A program made the translations under genes and the position numbers. Shown here piece by piece: positions 13,473 through 52,011 of a DNA stretch of 64,000 bases; within the stretch, counting starts at the first letter, position 1, and each line of letters opens with the position of its first letter. The notes below the pieces were generated by a model. The model had not been told where the DNA came from. It made no database searches and saw only the letters and a list, made by a program, of their open reading frames with translations. The stretch is from Haliotis cracherodii (lineage: Eukaryota), in assembly GCF_022045235.1 (NCBI RefSeq), contig NW_027266273.1, positions 20,708,001 to 20,772,000 of the forward strand, in the 5' to 3' direction.

Positions 13473-16053
13473 AACGCACTTGGAAATTGTTCCATCAAGT
13501 TAAATTAAAGGGGGAAAAAGAAGTCCCGCCTTTGCCAAGTGGTGTTTAACTAACTATCAGTCAATACACAATCAAAGACAAGGTGCCATGGTTTAAAGTA
13601 CAGATAAAGTGGCTGTTTCCTTTGCTTCTCGTGTGGTACACTATCTAGGCGAGAAACGGGGAGAGTTGGACAATGATATCATTGTAGTCGGCGTGATAGT
13701 CATCAGTTGCATGCGGTTTTGTCAGTCGCGTGTTTTGAATTATTCATTTGTGCACCGAAACCAGTGTCAAAACATTAACACCTGCTCAGCGGGATTGAAA
13801 CAAGATCACACCCACAGCAAGGAGTCTTCCTGTTATATAGAGACCTAGTATGCACGCGTCAAAATAAGAAATTAACAGTGACATAGTAATACCATTAGAA
13901 TATTTATGCGTATAATTTGAAACTGTAGATAAAATATTCTACCATGACCCAGAAAACAACATACATCGGTTAAGAAAAATAACAGGATGTGGTTTATCGC
14001 CTTGGCGGGTGTTGGGAGTTTTAGTCTTAAGGAGTTCGGTAGTCCAACGATCCAAATATGCATCAGAAGTACTGGATGAAAGATAAAACACTACAATATA
14101 ATATGTATGGTATTGAATATTAAATGAACACTGAATGTTGTTTTACATCCTAACGGCATCGAGTTCTTACATAATCTATGTTTACATCAATCGGAATGGT
14201 TGTACAGTGTATGCAGGACGACATATGTATTATGGTTTGTTTATTTATTTGTTGTTTAACGCCACACTCAGCAATATTCCAGATATATGACGGCGGTCTG
14301 TAAATAATCGGGTCTGGACCAGACAATCCAGTGATTGACATCATGATCTACGCAATTGGGATACGCTGACATGCATCAACCAAGTTAGCGAGCCTGTGGA
14401 TTTTTTATAGAAAACATTTTTCCTTGTCAAATAAAATTAACTACGGCCTTGATGTGGAATGCCACTTGTTAATAACGTCCTGTGTTCAACATGGATTTGA
14501 ACTGAACATAGTCATTACCTTGGAAAGATAATTCCAAAAATGCCAGTTATGATAGAGATTATCTGATAGTCTTTGCTGAAATTCATTTAGGAATAATGTT
14601 ATACTGCCGATTTCCTGTTGTATCCATACCGCCCAAAACCTCAGCTGAACGAAATGTTTTTAATTGATATAGCCCATTGCTATCTGAAACAATGTTGATT
14701 ACGAGATACATGAAAATATCATGTCCAAGATTTCATCTTGAAATTTGAATTTGACCATGGGATGTCCAAATGTCACTCACGGGTTGCACCCGTGAAAATC
14801 CGGGATGGAATAGTTCTTCAGCAACCCATGCTTGCCGTTAAAGGAGACTATGATTGTTGTAAGAGGCGACTAACGGGATCGGGTGGTCAGGCTTGCTGAC
14901 TTGTTTGATGCATGTCATCGTATCCCAGTTGCGTAGATTGATGCTCATGATGTCAATCACTGTATTGTCTGGTCCAGGCTCGATTATTTACAGACCGACG
15001 TCATAGAGCTGGAATATTGCTGCGTGCGGCGTTAAACAACAAACAAACAAACAAACACTCACGGGTTGACAGCCTGGACCAATGTGGACAGAGTTCAAAC
15101 CCTTGGGTTACACGTGTGTCACTCCGTCCAAACTCGTGTTTATGTTTTGATGATACCACTATGAAATGATCTTTAATATCCTGTATAGATAAAGTACGTG
15201 ATTTATTACTTCGACTGACTTTGAAAATTTTGTCGCCACAAGCTCCCAATTCTCCAGCGGCTCTTGTGGTATCATGTGTCAATTACCGCGAGATTTGATT
15301 GATCGGAGAATTGCGTCAGTCCTCCTACGCAAGAACTGACATGTTTATCTTGATGAGTGGGTCAAAATAACAAGGACATCGAAGGTGTTGACGAGAGAAC
15401 CCATGGGTAATGGCTTAGTGGCCTTATGTAAACACGTGTTTTTTCCGGTATGATATTCGACTCTTACAATAACAACAACACACACAGCCACGCATGAACA
15501 CAACATGGAGCAAGGTTGATAAACATTTTCTTGACTAAAAAACTACAGCATCACTAAATACATGATTTTAAGAGTAGCAATACAAAAGAACGACTTTGCC
15601 TACGTTAGCCTCGTTCTTGTTTAGATATGAATATTCATGAGGCCTCATTAAGAATGGTCTTATTGTTTCTGTTGGACAATGTGTTAACTGGTACCAATAC
15701 AACGGTATCAAGTGACGCTTAATACATGCGATCCTATTGATTTCCCGGAAACTTACACACACAAAATAACACACTTACTAAAATCAATTGCTCGTACAAG
15801 TAATGTAATTCAATCAGTCAATATTGTATATTACATTTCACCCAGCTCTGATTAATAAACCTTATAAGGGGCGTTGGGGTAGCCTCTCGGTTCGTCACGT
15901 CAAAAGCCCGAGTTCGATTTCTCCACATGGGTACAATGTGTGAAGCCCATCTCTGGTGTCTCCTGTCGTGATTTTGCTTGAATATCGCTAAAAGCGACGA
16001 AAACTATACTCACTCACTGATAAACAAATCGCACCGTGTCAATACGATGGTAA

Positions 16054-16245
16054 AAGGGGAATAACTCTATTATAGTGCACGCCCATGATGGTTGAACACA
16101 GAGAATGGTTTTGATTGGTTGATATTGAACAAAGGCGGGTAACTCTAAATCGCTGTAAGTTGGTAGCACGTGGTCACACGTGTTGGCTGTGTGATCGCAG
16201 TGTGTGGCAGGGGGTAATCGACGAGCTTTTCACCTTCCTCTCACT
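16054..16245 (+). promoter_or_regulatory. Putative ATIC proximal promoter / 5' UTR with tandem E-boxes
   Basis: CACGTG at 16167-16172 and 16177-16182, reverse CCAAT (ATTGG) near 16115, pyrimidine tract CTTTTCACCTTCCTCTC just before the ATG. Confidence 0.45.
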
Positions 16246-42298
<26,053 letters not shown>

Positions 42299-42967
42299 CG
42301 CTGACTCGGCATGAACATCCGGCTGGGATAGTGAGTCCTTAGTTGGAAATGGTGCTGCCAGTTTTGTCCAAGAGGTCCAGATCTGTCTCGTTAATCCAAA
42401 CTATATTCTGTGTATTCATTCCGCTACTAACCGATTAGGCTTAAGAAGAAATGGTGTCTCTGTTTTCACATTCCAAGTTGTCATGATTTAAATGAAGCGT
42501 TGTATTTTACGACAGCTGTTACTGTGCTTGGCTTTTTGCAGGCTGCATCAAGATATAATTCTTGTATGAATCACATTGCTAAAAGAGTGTCTCTTTAATA
42601 GATACGGAAGCTAGGACGCTTTAGAAGCAAGATAAGGTTAGCACTGATCTGTTGAGCTGACTTATCAGCAGGTTACACGTTATTCTGTTAGTTACGAAAT
42701 CATTTAACAGGATTCATATGAGCATATAGAATCAAATGTTGTTTTAAAGATTTGAGATCATGACGAAACATTTTGTCAATTCACATGTTGCTGCCAATGT
42801 GTTACAGTATTTGTTGCAATGTTCTATGTTCTTGAGATTATTTTATGTTTGTTTCTTGAAGTGGATATCATGTCAGCATTGTGCATGTTGTGAGATTCAG
42901 TGCTTATGCAACTTTGTAAATAACTGGCATAAGTATGCAGACTGTTATCCATACTTGATTTCAATCA

Positions 42968-42973
42968 AATAAA
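42968..42973 (+). terminator. Candidate ATIC polyadenylation signal
   Basis: AATAAA about 670 nt after the stop, followed by T/GT-rich sequence. Confidence 0.5.
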
Positions 42974-44719
42974 ATGTTTTTATATAGATGTTTGTTTCTT
43001 CATTATCCAGTAGAGAATCGTCCAGTGTATTGCATCTCCAATACATTTGTACCCAGTATATATGATAAATATCCAAAGGCCAAAATACTAATAGAATCTT
43101 TTTTCTCTCCATGTCAGTATATCTATCACCAATTTGTATTCAATATTGTGGCATCATACATGTGAGCCCTCTCTGAATTTAATGAACAGAAGACTCACAA
43201 CTATTTGAGATGACAAAAAAAGTCAATGTTTTACTGTAAACCTCACAGAAGCCATATTCTCTATGTATATACCGGTATCAGTAATTCTACTGGGGATGGG
43301 GGCGCATTCATATTGAGTTGCATTCTTGGTTCGGGGCCAGCAGTCGCATTGATTTGGAGACATTTATTTTAAGATTTACAGTACTGAGACATAGGGAGGG
43401 AAGACTACACACCTTTCCAGGTGTATTTGTGACGGTACGCAACACAAGCCGGGTACTGGCGATATGGCCACATGTTTCAATCATGAAGATCAAGGTGATG
43501 TGACTGAAAGACTGTTTGGTGTTGTCATTCGAACTGGACTCTAACAGACTCTAACAGAGTACTGGTAGCAAATTGGTCTTGGGAATGTATCATAATAGAA
43601 TGGAGATATAGCACACTCTTTAATCATCAGTAGTCATTGGTTCAAGCCACAGCTTATTTGGGACTAGTTGCTCTTAGAATATCTAGATTTTGATAGATCA
43701 AATATCTATCTAGATTGTGTAGAGATTGGTCAAGTGGTGCACATAGGAGCAAGGCACATTATAATGTAAAACATGATAAGACGAGAAGTGTATGAAGATG
43801 TATTTATGTACATTCTCTTGGCATATGAAAGAAAGATTATTGCTATCATGGCTATTTTCATTTGTCATTTCTATGACAAACAGAAAAGCTAATTCACAAG
43901 ATCTACTTTGTCAGGTGTCCATGCACAGCAGTGTGGAAGTCAACAGACACAGGAACTTATTCAGGAACAACATCACTCTTGAACAATGTTTATCTTGGAG
44001 TGTCATCAAGGCTTGACTTAAGGAACTGGATTTTACTTGCACCAGGTGCATGTTGACATGGAAACCTAGATGCACCTGACAAAACCAGATTGCACCCTGG
44101 TCCCATTCATATATCAAAGTTGAAACATACACTTGTCTGCTGCCAGTGTCACATATATTTATGAGGAGTTGCTGTAACACATAAATGGAAGCACCCACAG
44201 TTTGATGATGTCAAACCCATGAATAAATACACAACACAGAGATTATTGATGTAGTATGACAAATATACCTTAGAGGTACTGAATGTGTTCCAAGATCGTC
44301 ACATGGAAAAATAATAATGAAGACACAATTGTTTTTACATGCACTTGGTGCATGTTGACAATAAAATTAGGTCATGTTTTCCAATAATGGTTGCTCTAGT
44401 GCATGTTTTATATACCTACAAGCCCTGATCATGACTGACCGATTTATTAATTTATCACAAATTCACTGAAGATATAAGTATAATAATCATTTGCTGAGGA
44501 CCACACATTTTTTTATCCCAAACAGATGTTGAGTAGTATACTTTTCCTATGAAGATTAACAATCGGCTGAATCTGATTTCATAGTACAGTTAAAAACAAA
44601 TCCAAAATAGTAGATGGCAAAGACATTTTAAGCTAGTCCCATGGAACAGATAACCAGCATGAATAAAGTATCAGGATACATATTGTATCATGAGGTAGGT
44701 GTATCTGGGCGCCATTAGT

Positions 44720-47700
44720 AGAGTGGTCAGAGAGATCTTAGTGCTTGTACATTTACACTGTATCCACACACCCTCATAGATGCTGTACGGGGTGTGCTTG
44801 TACATCCACACCCCGAGTAGATGCTGTACGTGTGGTCAGACAGGTCCTAGTGCTTGTACATCCACACCCCGAGTAGATGCTGTACGTGTGGTCAGACAGG
44901 TCCTAGTGCTTGTACATCAACACCCTGAGTAGATGCTGTACGTGTGGTCAGACAGGTCCTAGTGCTTGTACATCCACACCCCGAGTAGATGCTGTACGTG
45001 TGGTCAGACAGGTCCTAGTGCTTGTACATCCACACCCTGAGTAGATGCTGTACGTGTGGTCAGACAGGTCCTAGTGCTTGTACATCCACACCCCGAGTAG
45101 ATGCTGTACGTGTGGTCAGACAGGTCCTAGTGCTTGTACATCAACACCCTGAGTAGATGCTGTACGTGTGGTCAGACAGGTCGTAGTGCTTGTACATCAA
45201 CACCCTGAGTAGATGCTGTACGTGTGGTCAGACAGGTCGTAGTGCTTGTACATCCACACCCCTTGTAGATGCTGTATGTGTGGTCAGACAGGTCCTAGTG
45301 CTTGTACATCCACACCCCTTGTAGATGTATGTGTGGTCAGACAGGTCCTAGTGCTTGTACATCCACACCCCTTGTAGATGTACGTGTGGTCAGACAGGTC
45401 CTAGTGCTTGTACATCAACACCCCTTGTAGATGCTGTATGTGTGGTCAGACAGGTCCTAGTGCTTGTACATCCACACCCCGAGTAGATGCTGTACGTGTG
45501 GTCAGACAGGTCCTTGTGCTTGTACATCCACACCCCGAGTAGATGCTGTACGTGTGGTCAGACAGGTCCTTGTGCTTGTACATCAACACCCTGAGTAGAT
45601 GCTGTACGTGTGGTCAGACAGGTCCTAGTGCTTGTACATCCACACCCCTTGTAGATGCTGTATGTGTGGTCAGACAGGTCCTAGTGCTTGTACATCCACA
45701 CCCCGAGTAGATGCTGTATGTGTGGTCAGACAGGTCCTAGTGCTTGTACATCCACACCCCGAGTAGATGCTGTATGTGTGGTCAGACAGGTCCTAGTGCT
45801 TGTACATCCACACCCCTTGTAGATGTACGTGTGGTCAGACAGGTCCTAGTGCTTGTACATCAACACCCTGAGTAGATGCTGTACGTGTGGTCAGACAAGT
45901 CCTAGTGCTTGTGCATCCACACCCCGAGTAGATGCAGTACGTGTGGTCAGACAGGTCCTAGTGCTTGTACATCAACACCTCGAGTAGATGCTGTATGTGT
46001 GGTCAGACAGGTCCTAGTGCTTGTACATCCACACCCCTTGTAGATGTACGTGTGGTCAGACAGGTCCTAGTGCTTGTACATCCACACCCCGAGTAGATGC
46101 TGTACGTGTGGTCAGACAGGTCCTTGTGCTTGTACATCCACACCCCTTGTAGATGTACGTGTGGTCAGACAGGTCCTAGTGCTTGTACATCAACACCTCG
46201 AGTAGATGCTGTATGTGTGGTCAGACAGGTCCTAGTGCTTGTACATCCACACCCCGAGTAGATGCTGTACGTGTGGTCAGACAGGTCCTAGTGCTTGTAC
46301 ATCCACACCCCTTGTAGATGTACGTGTGGTCAGACAGGTCCTAGTGCTTGTACATCAACACCCCTTGTAGATGTACGTGTGGTCAGACAGGTCCTAGTGC
46401 TTGTACATCCACACCCCTTGTAGATGTACGTGTGGTCAGACAGGTCCTAGTGCTTGTACATCAACACCCCGAGTAGATGCTGTACGTGTGGTCAGACAGG
46501 TCCTTGTGCTTGTACATCAACACCCTGAGTAGATGCTGTACGTGTGGTCAGACAGGTCCTTGTGCTTGTACATCCACACCCCGAGTAGATGCTGTATGTG
46601 TGGTCAGACAGGTCCTAGTGCTTGTACATCAACACCCTGAGTAGATGCTGTACGTGTGGTCAGACAAGTCCTAGTGCTTGTGCATCCACACCCCGAGTAG
46701 ATGCAGTACGTGTGGTCAGACAGGTCCTAGTGCTTGTACATCAACACCTCGAGTAGATGCTGTATGTGTGGTCAGACAGGTCCTAGTGCTTGTACATCCA
46801 CACCCCTTGTAGATGTACGTGTGGTCAGACAGGTCCTAGTGCTTGTACATCCACACCCCTTGTAGATGTACGTGTGGTCAGACAGGTCCTAGTGCTTGTA
46901 CATCAACACCTCGAGTAGATGCTGTATGTGTGGTCAGACAGGTCCTAGTGCTTGTACATCCACACCCCGAGTAGATGCTGTATGTGTGGTCAGACAGGTC
47001 CTAGTGCTTGTACATCCACACCCCTTGTAGATGCTGTACGTGTGGTCAGACAGGTCCTAGTGCTTGTACATCAACACCCTGAGTAGATGCTGTACGTGTG
47101 GTCAGACAAGTCCTAGTGCTTGTACATCAACACCCCTTGTAGATGCTGTATGTGTGGTCAGACAGGTCCTAGTGCTTGTACATCCACACCCCTTGTAGAT
47201 GTATGTGTGGTCAGACAGGTCCTAGTGCTTGTACATCCACACCCCGAGTAGATGCTGTATGTGTGGTCAGACAGGTCCTAGTGCTTGTACATCCACACCC
47301 CTTGTAGATGCTGTACGTGTGGTCAGACAGGTCCTAGTGCTTGTACATCCACACCCCGAGTAGATGCTGTATGTGTGGTCAGACAGGTCCTAGTGCTTGT
47401 ACATCAACACCCTGAGTAGATGCTGTACGTGTGGTCAGACAAGTCCTAGTGCTTGTGCATCCACACCCCGAGTAGATGCAGTACGTGTGGTCAGACAGGT
47501 CCTAGTGCTTGTACATCAACACCTCGAGTAGATGCTGTATGTGTGGTCAGACAGGTCCTAGTGCTTGTACATCCACACCCCTTGTAGATGTACGTGTGGT
47601 CAGACAGGTCCTAGTGCTTGTACATCCACACCCCTTGTAGATGCTGTATGTGTGGTCAGACAGGTCCTAGTGCTTGTACATCCACACCCCGAGTAGATGC

Positions 47701-49090
47701 TGTACGTGTGGTCAGACAGGTCCTAGTGCTTGTACATCAACACCTCGAGTAGATGCTGTATGTGTGGTCAGACAGGTCGTAGTGCTTGTACATCAACACC
47801 TCGAGTAGATGCTGTACGTGTGGTCAGACAGGTCCTAGTGCTTGTACATCAACACCTCGAGTAGATGCTGTATGTGTGGTCAGACAGGTCCTAGTGCTTG
47901 TACATCCACACCCCTTGTAGATGCTGTATGTGTGGTCAGACAGGTCCTAGTGCTTGTACATCCACACCCCGAGTAGATGCTGTATGTGTGGTCAGACAGG
48001 TCCTAGTGCTTGTACATCCACACCCCTTGTAGATGTACGTGTGGTCAGACAGGTCCTAGTGCTTGTACATCCACACCCCTTGTAGATGTACGTGTGGTCA
48101 GACAGGTCGTAGTGCTTGTACATCAACACCCTGAGTAGATGCTGTACGTGTAGTCAGACAGGTCCTAGTGCTTGTACATCAACACCTCGAGTAGATGCTG
48201 TATGTGTGGTCAGACAGGTCCTAGTGCTTGTACATCCACACCCCTTGTAGATGTACGTGTGGTCAGACAGGTCCTAGTGCTTGTACATCCACACCCCTTG
48301 TAGATGCTGTACGTGTGGTCAGACAGGTCCTAGTGCTTGTACATCCACACCCCTTGTAGATGCTGTACGTGTGGTCAGACAGGTCCTAGTGCTTGTACAT
48401 CCACACCCCGAGTAGATGCTGTACGTGTGGTCAGACAGGTCCTAGTGCTTGTACATCCACACCCCGAGTAGATGCTGTACGTGTGGTCAGACAGGTCCTA
48501 GTGCTTGTACATCCACACCCCGAGTAGATGCTGTACGTGTGGTCAGACAGGTCCTAGTGCTTGTACATCCACACCCCGAGTAGATGCTGTACGTGTGGTC
48601 AGACAGGTCCTAGTGCTTGTACATCCACACCCCTTGTAGATGTACGTGTGGTCAGACAGGTCGTAGTGCTTGTACATCAACACCCTGAGTAGATGCTGTA
48701 CGTGTAGTCAGACAGGTCCTAGTGCTTGTACATCCACACCCCTTGTAGATGCTGTACGTGTGGTCAGACAGGTCCTAGTGCTTGTACATCCACACCCCGA
48801 GTAGATGCTGTACGTGTGGTCAGACAGGTCCTAGTGCTTGTACATCCACACCCCGAGTAGATGCTGTACGTGTGGTCAGACAGGTCCTTGTGCTTGTACA
48901 TCCACACCCCGAGTAGATGCTGTACGTGTGGTCAGACAGGTCCTAGTGCTTCTACATCCACACCCCTTGTATATGCTGTATGTGAGGTCGAACAGGTCCT
49001 AGTGCTTGTACATCCACTCTGTATCCACATCCCGAGTAGATGCCGTACGTGTGGTAAGACAGGTCCTAGTGCTTGTACATCCACACTGTA
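44720..49090. repeat. 56/53-bp satellite, about 78 copies, overlapping the ATPSCKMT stop codon
   Basis: Unit GTGGTCAGACAGGTCCTAGTGCTTGTACATCCACACCCCGAGTAGATGCTGTACGT. Confidence 0.97.
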
Positions 49091-52011
49091 TCCACACCTG
49101 TGCCCTCTGTTCTACTTGCCTCCCATGTGTGGAATGGAAACCGACACGCTACGATATGTCCATCTTTGCACAGATCCGTCTTTAGCTTCGCCTCTAGAGG
49201 GGGCATCTAGTAGGAAATACAGCAATTCTCTTGTTAATGTTTAGTCCTGAACATCCAATAAGAATAAAGCTTTTGTTCATTAGGATAGTAAAACACATGT
49301 GTCATGTTTGTAACAACATTTATATACCTTATATACCTGATCGCAACTCTAGAAAATTGCTGTGGTCAAACAGTTTTCAAATAGAAGGCCCCGGTTATGT
49401 TTGTTATTACTCACTGGTTTCAAATCAGTGGTACAGCATATTACCAAACTGATTTTATAAAAAGTGACGACATGGGAACATATTGTGAATGATGTTATAC
49501 AAACAGGTATGCAGTGGATTGAATGAGAATGTAAGGCCTTTTTTAAATGGACCCATGAAGATCCGGGGTAGAATAGATCTTCAGCAACCCATGCTTGCCG
49601 TAAAAGATTACTATGCTTGCAAGAGGTGACTAACGGGATAAGGTGGTCAGGCTCGCTGACTTGGTTGATGCACATCATCGTATCCCAATTGCATGGATTG
49701 ATGCTCATGACATCAATCACTGGATTGTCCGGTCCAGACTCGATTATTTACAGACTGCCGTCATATTGCTGGAATATTGCTCAGTGTGGCTTTAAACAAC
49801 AAACACTTAATGAGTAGAATGCTTGGGACATTTTCTAACACTGGGCCTCCAAAGTACTGTTCAATAGCGAGCTGGCTGCCTTGTCACCAGCAATGGAACA
49901 AAATGTCAGTATATTTCACAAGTAATGATATGCATACTTACCATCTTCTCCACACCAAACACAACCACGTTGTTGTACTTGGACAGATCAGTCTGAAAAA
50001 CAAAGCTGTGTTCATAAAAATATTGACCATATTAATACTAAATTAATATTAACAGGTAACCTTTCTGTAACATGCCGAATGTCAAACACCTTTTTATTTA
50101 CAAAGTTTACATCTGTTGACTTAACCTATTCCATCAAGTTGTTTGTTTTCTTAGAATTCATTATTTATTACAAATATATGTTGATATGTATATCACCCCT
50201 GAGATATTAATGGAGAATTTTAGCTTAGGTGTAACATTGCATTGCACTTCCAAAAGCTAGAAATCTTGATTCTTCAGACAAGAGGAGTTTTCAACAAAAC
50301 ACTGCTAACGGGCCAATAATGCTTCTGTTGGGACCCTGAAGTTACTTCGTCTAAAATGAAAAACCTCAATTTAATAGAGTTTGTGAACAAGTTCTGTTAG
50401 TTGTGTTAGTTCTGTTTAGCCAGGCTACCTTCCAGAGGTCCTTCCTGAAGAAGTGTGCTGTGCCACTGACGCCATGCCTCCAGGCTGTCCATCGGGAATA
50501 CAGAACTAGCCAATAGTTGAGCTCAACTCCATAAGCATTGAAACCTTGCTTAGCTGCTTCGATCACCTGAAGACCACATACACCACAATGTTAGGCGGCA
50601 ATAATATAGAATATATACCAACACACTATATGCATACTGTAAAATGTGAAATTAACGCGAGCGTGAATTAAATGCGAAAAATGCGAGTGGTCTTTGCTCG
50701 CATTATTAAACATCGCATTTATATCAACAATAAGACATAGCAGAAATACCAACTTAGACATACGCTGAAAACAAACAACTATGTATTCCACATCAATGTT
50801 TATTGAGCAGCACTTGTAACAAGTATATGAACAATGTTATTCAAACACTAATTACATCCAGTGAATTGTCACTTCTGGGGTCAAGACAAGCATTCTACTC
50901 ACTCATGTCATCACTGATCACACCTGCAAGTCCAGACAGAGTCTTTGCTCTTTGCGACTGCATCAAAGGCCGACACGAGGCACACGTATTATTTTAGCTG
51001 AAGTACTCTACTTCATTTTGTTTAGATATAAATCCGCCGATGCTTGAGAGGAGGGGGTGTCGCATTTTGGGCTAGGGGCCAGCGGTCGCATTCTTTTGGA
51101 GACGCATTAATTTTACATTTTACAGTAATCAAGTCAAAGGATAAGAAAACGGTTTTAACAGTAAATTTATATTTACTTGCATGACAAGGAAGGATAATTG
51201 TGACAACATGATGTTTTATCATCTCATGGCTAAATACACAACTTAATTTGACTTGAGTTAGCAGACAACCATATTATTGTCCGAATAATCTGATCTAAAT
51301 AAGCTCAACCTTGTCACTTGAACATGACATGCTGTCAACCGATTAGACAAGCTGAGAGCAATTCTTGACAAGTCAGAATCCAGTAAAGTGCAACTCGCAC
51401 TGTATGGGTCACCAAGCATATGACATACTAATTTATGTTCTGGGATAAAGTCATAGGCGGCACAGTGGTCTAATCTACCGCAATCTACGGCTCGGACTTG
51501 CGTCCCTTAGACTGGCCATGATGTGTTGAACGTGGGCCTAGAGCATGCATGGCTACGAATCCTTAACTCGTCATTATATAGCCCCGGTTTGTCAGTCAGA
51601 GCGACGTTTCATCAAAGTGGGTAACATTTACAACCTACGCTGTTCTCGACATGTCGTGATATAACTAAGATATCAAACCGGCATTAACCAAACCCACTCA
51701 CTCACTCGAACATTTACATAAACACCCTTGACTGACCCTAAACTTACTATTCTTCCGTCGCCACTGCCTATATCAATTAGTGTGCCAGATCGTCCTTTCA
51801 AAACTGTAAAAACATTCTTGACTTGGTCTGTTGTTGCTGGGACAAAAGGTAAACACACCTTTCGTAATGCCGGTGTGAGAAATGGTGCAGCTACGGCATA
51901 AATGCCGACAAAACATGCACCAGAAAAACCGAGTATCACAGCTCCTGTTTTTGTTAGAGTTCGTTTATTTTTCGGTGACTGTTCTAAAGCATTTTCTATT
52001 ACTTCTGACAT
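49066..52011 (-). CDS. ATPSCKMT: FAM173-family mitochondrial lysine N-methyltransferase (ATP synthase c-subunit KMT-like), 4 exons, 197 aa
   Basis: Exons 52011-51748, 50566-50429, 49992-49942, 49206-49066, all GT-AG and phase 0. N-terminal hydrophobic segment, [17 protein letters not shown]-binding motif [44 protein letters not shown]-stop. ATPSCKMT (FAM173B) versus ANTKMT (FAM173A) orthology cannot be fully resolved by eye. Confidence 0.9.
49551..49804 (+). mobile_element. SINE-like family C (about 240-260 bp, non-tRNA head)
   Basis: Consensus head ACCCGTGAAGATCCGGGTTAGAATAGGTCTTCAG...GTAAGAGGCGACTAACGGG, (AAAC)n tail. Copies at about 2358-2596(-), 12287-12544, 14235-14394(-), 14788-15055, 16703-16936, 18640-18803, 19428-19655, 20740-20940, 41855-42108 and 55585-55815(-). 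Confidence 0.85.
50635..51127. mobile_element. MITE with TACTGTAAAATGT termini (ATPSCKMT intron 1)
   Basis: TACTGTAAAATGTGAAATTAACGCG...CGCATTAATTTTACATTTTACAGTA. Confidence 0.7.

Noticed and set aside
44720-49090. CRISPR-like regular array
   Set aside because: No unique spacers, no cas genes, eukaryotic context; it is a satellite.
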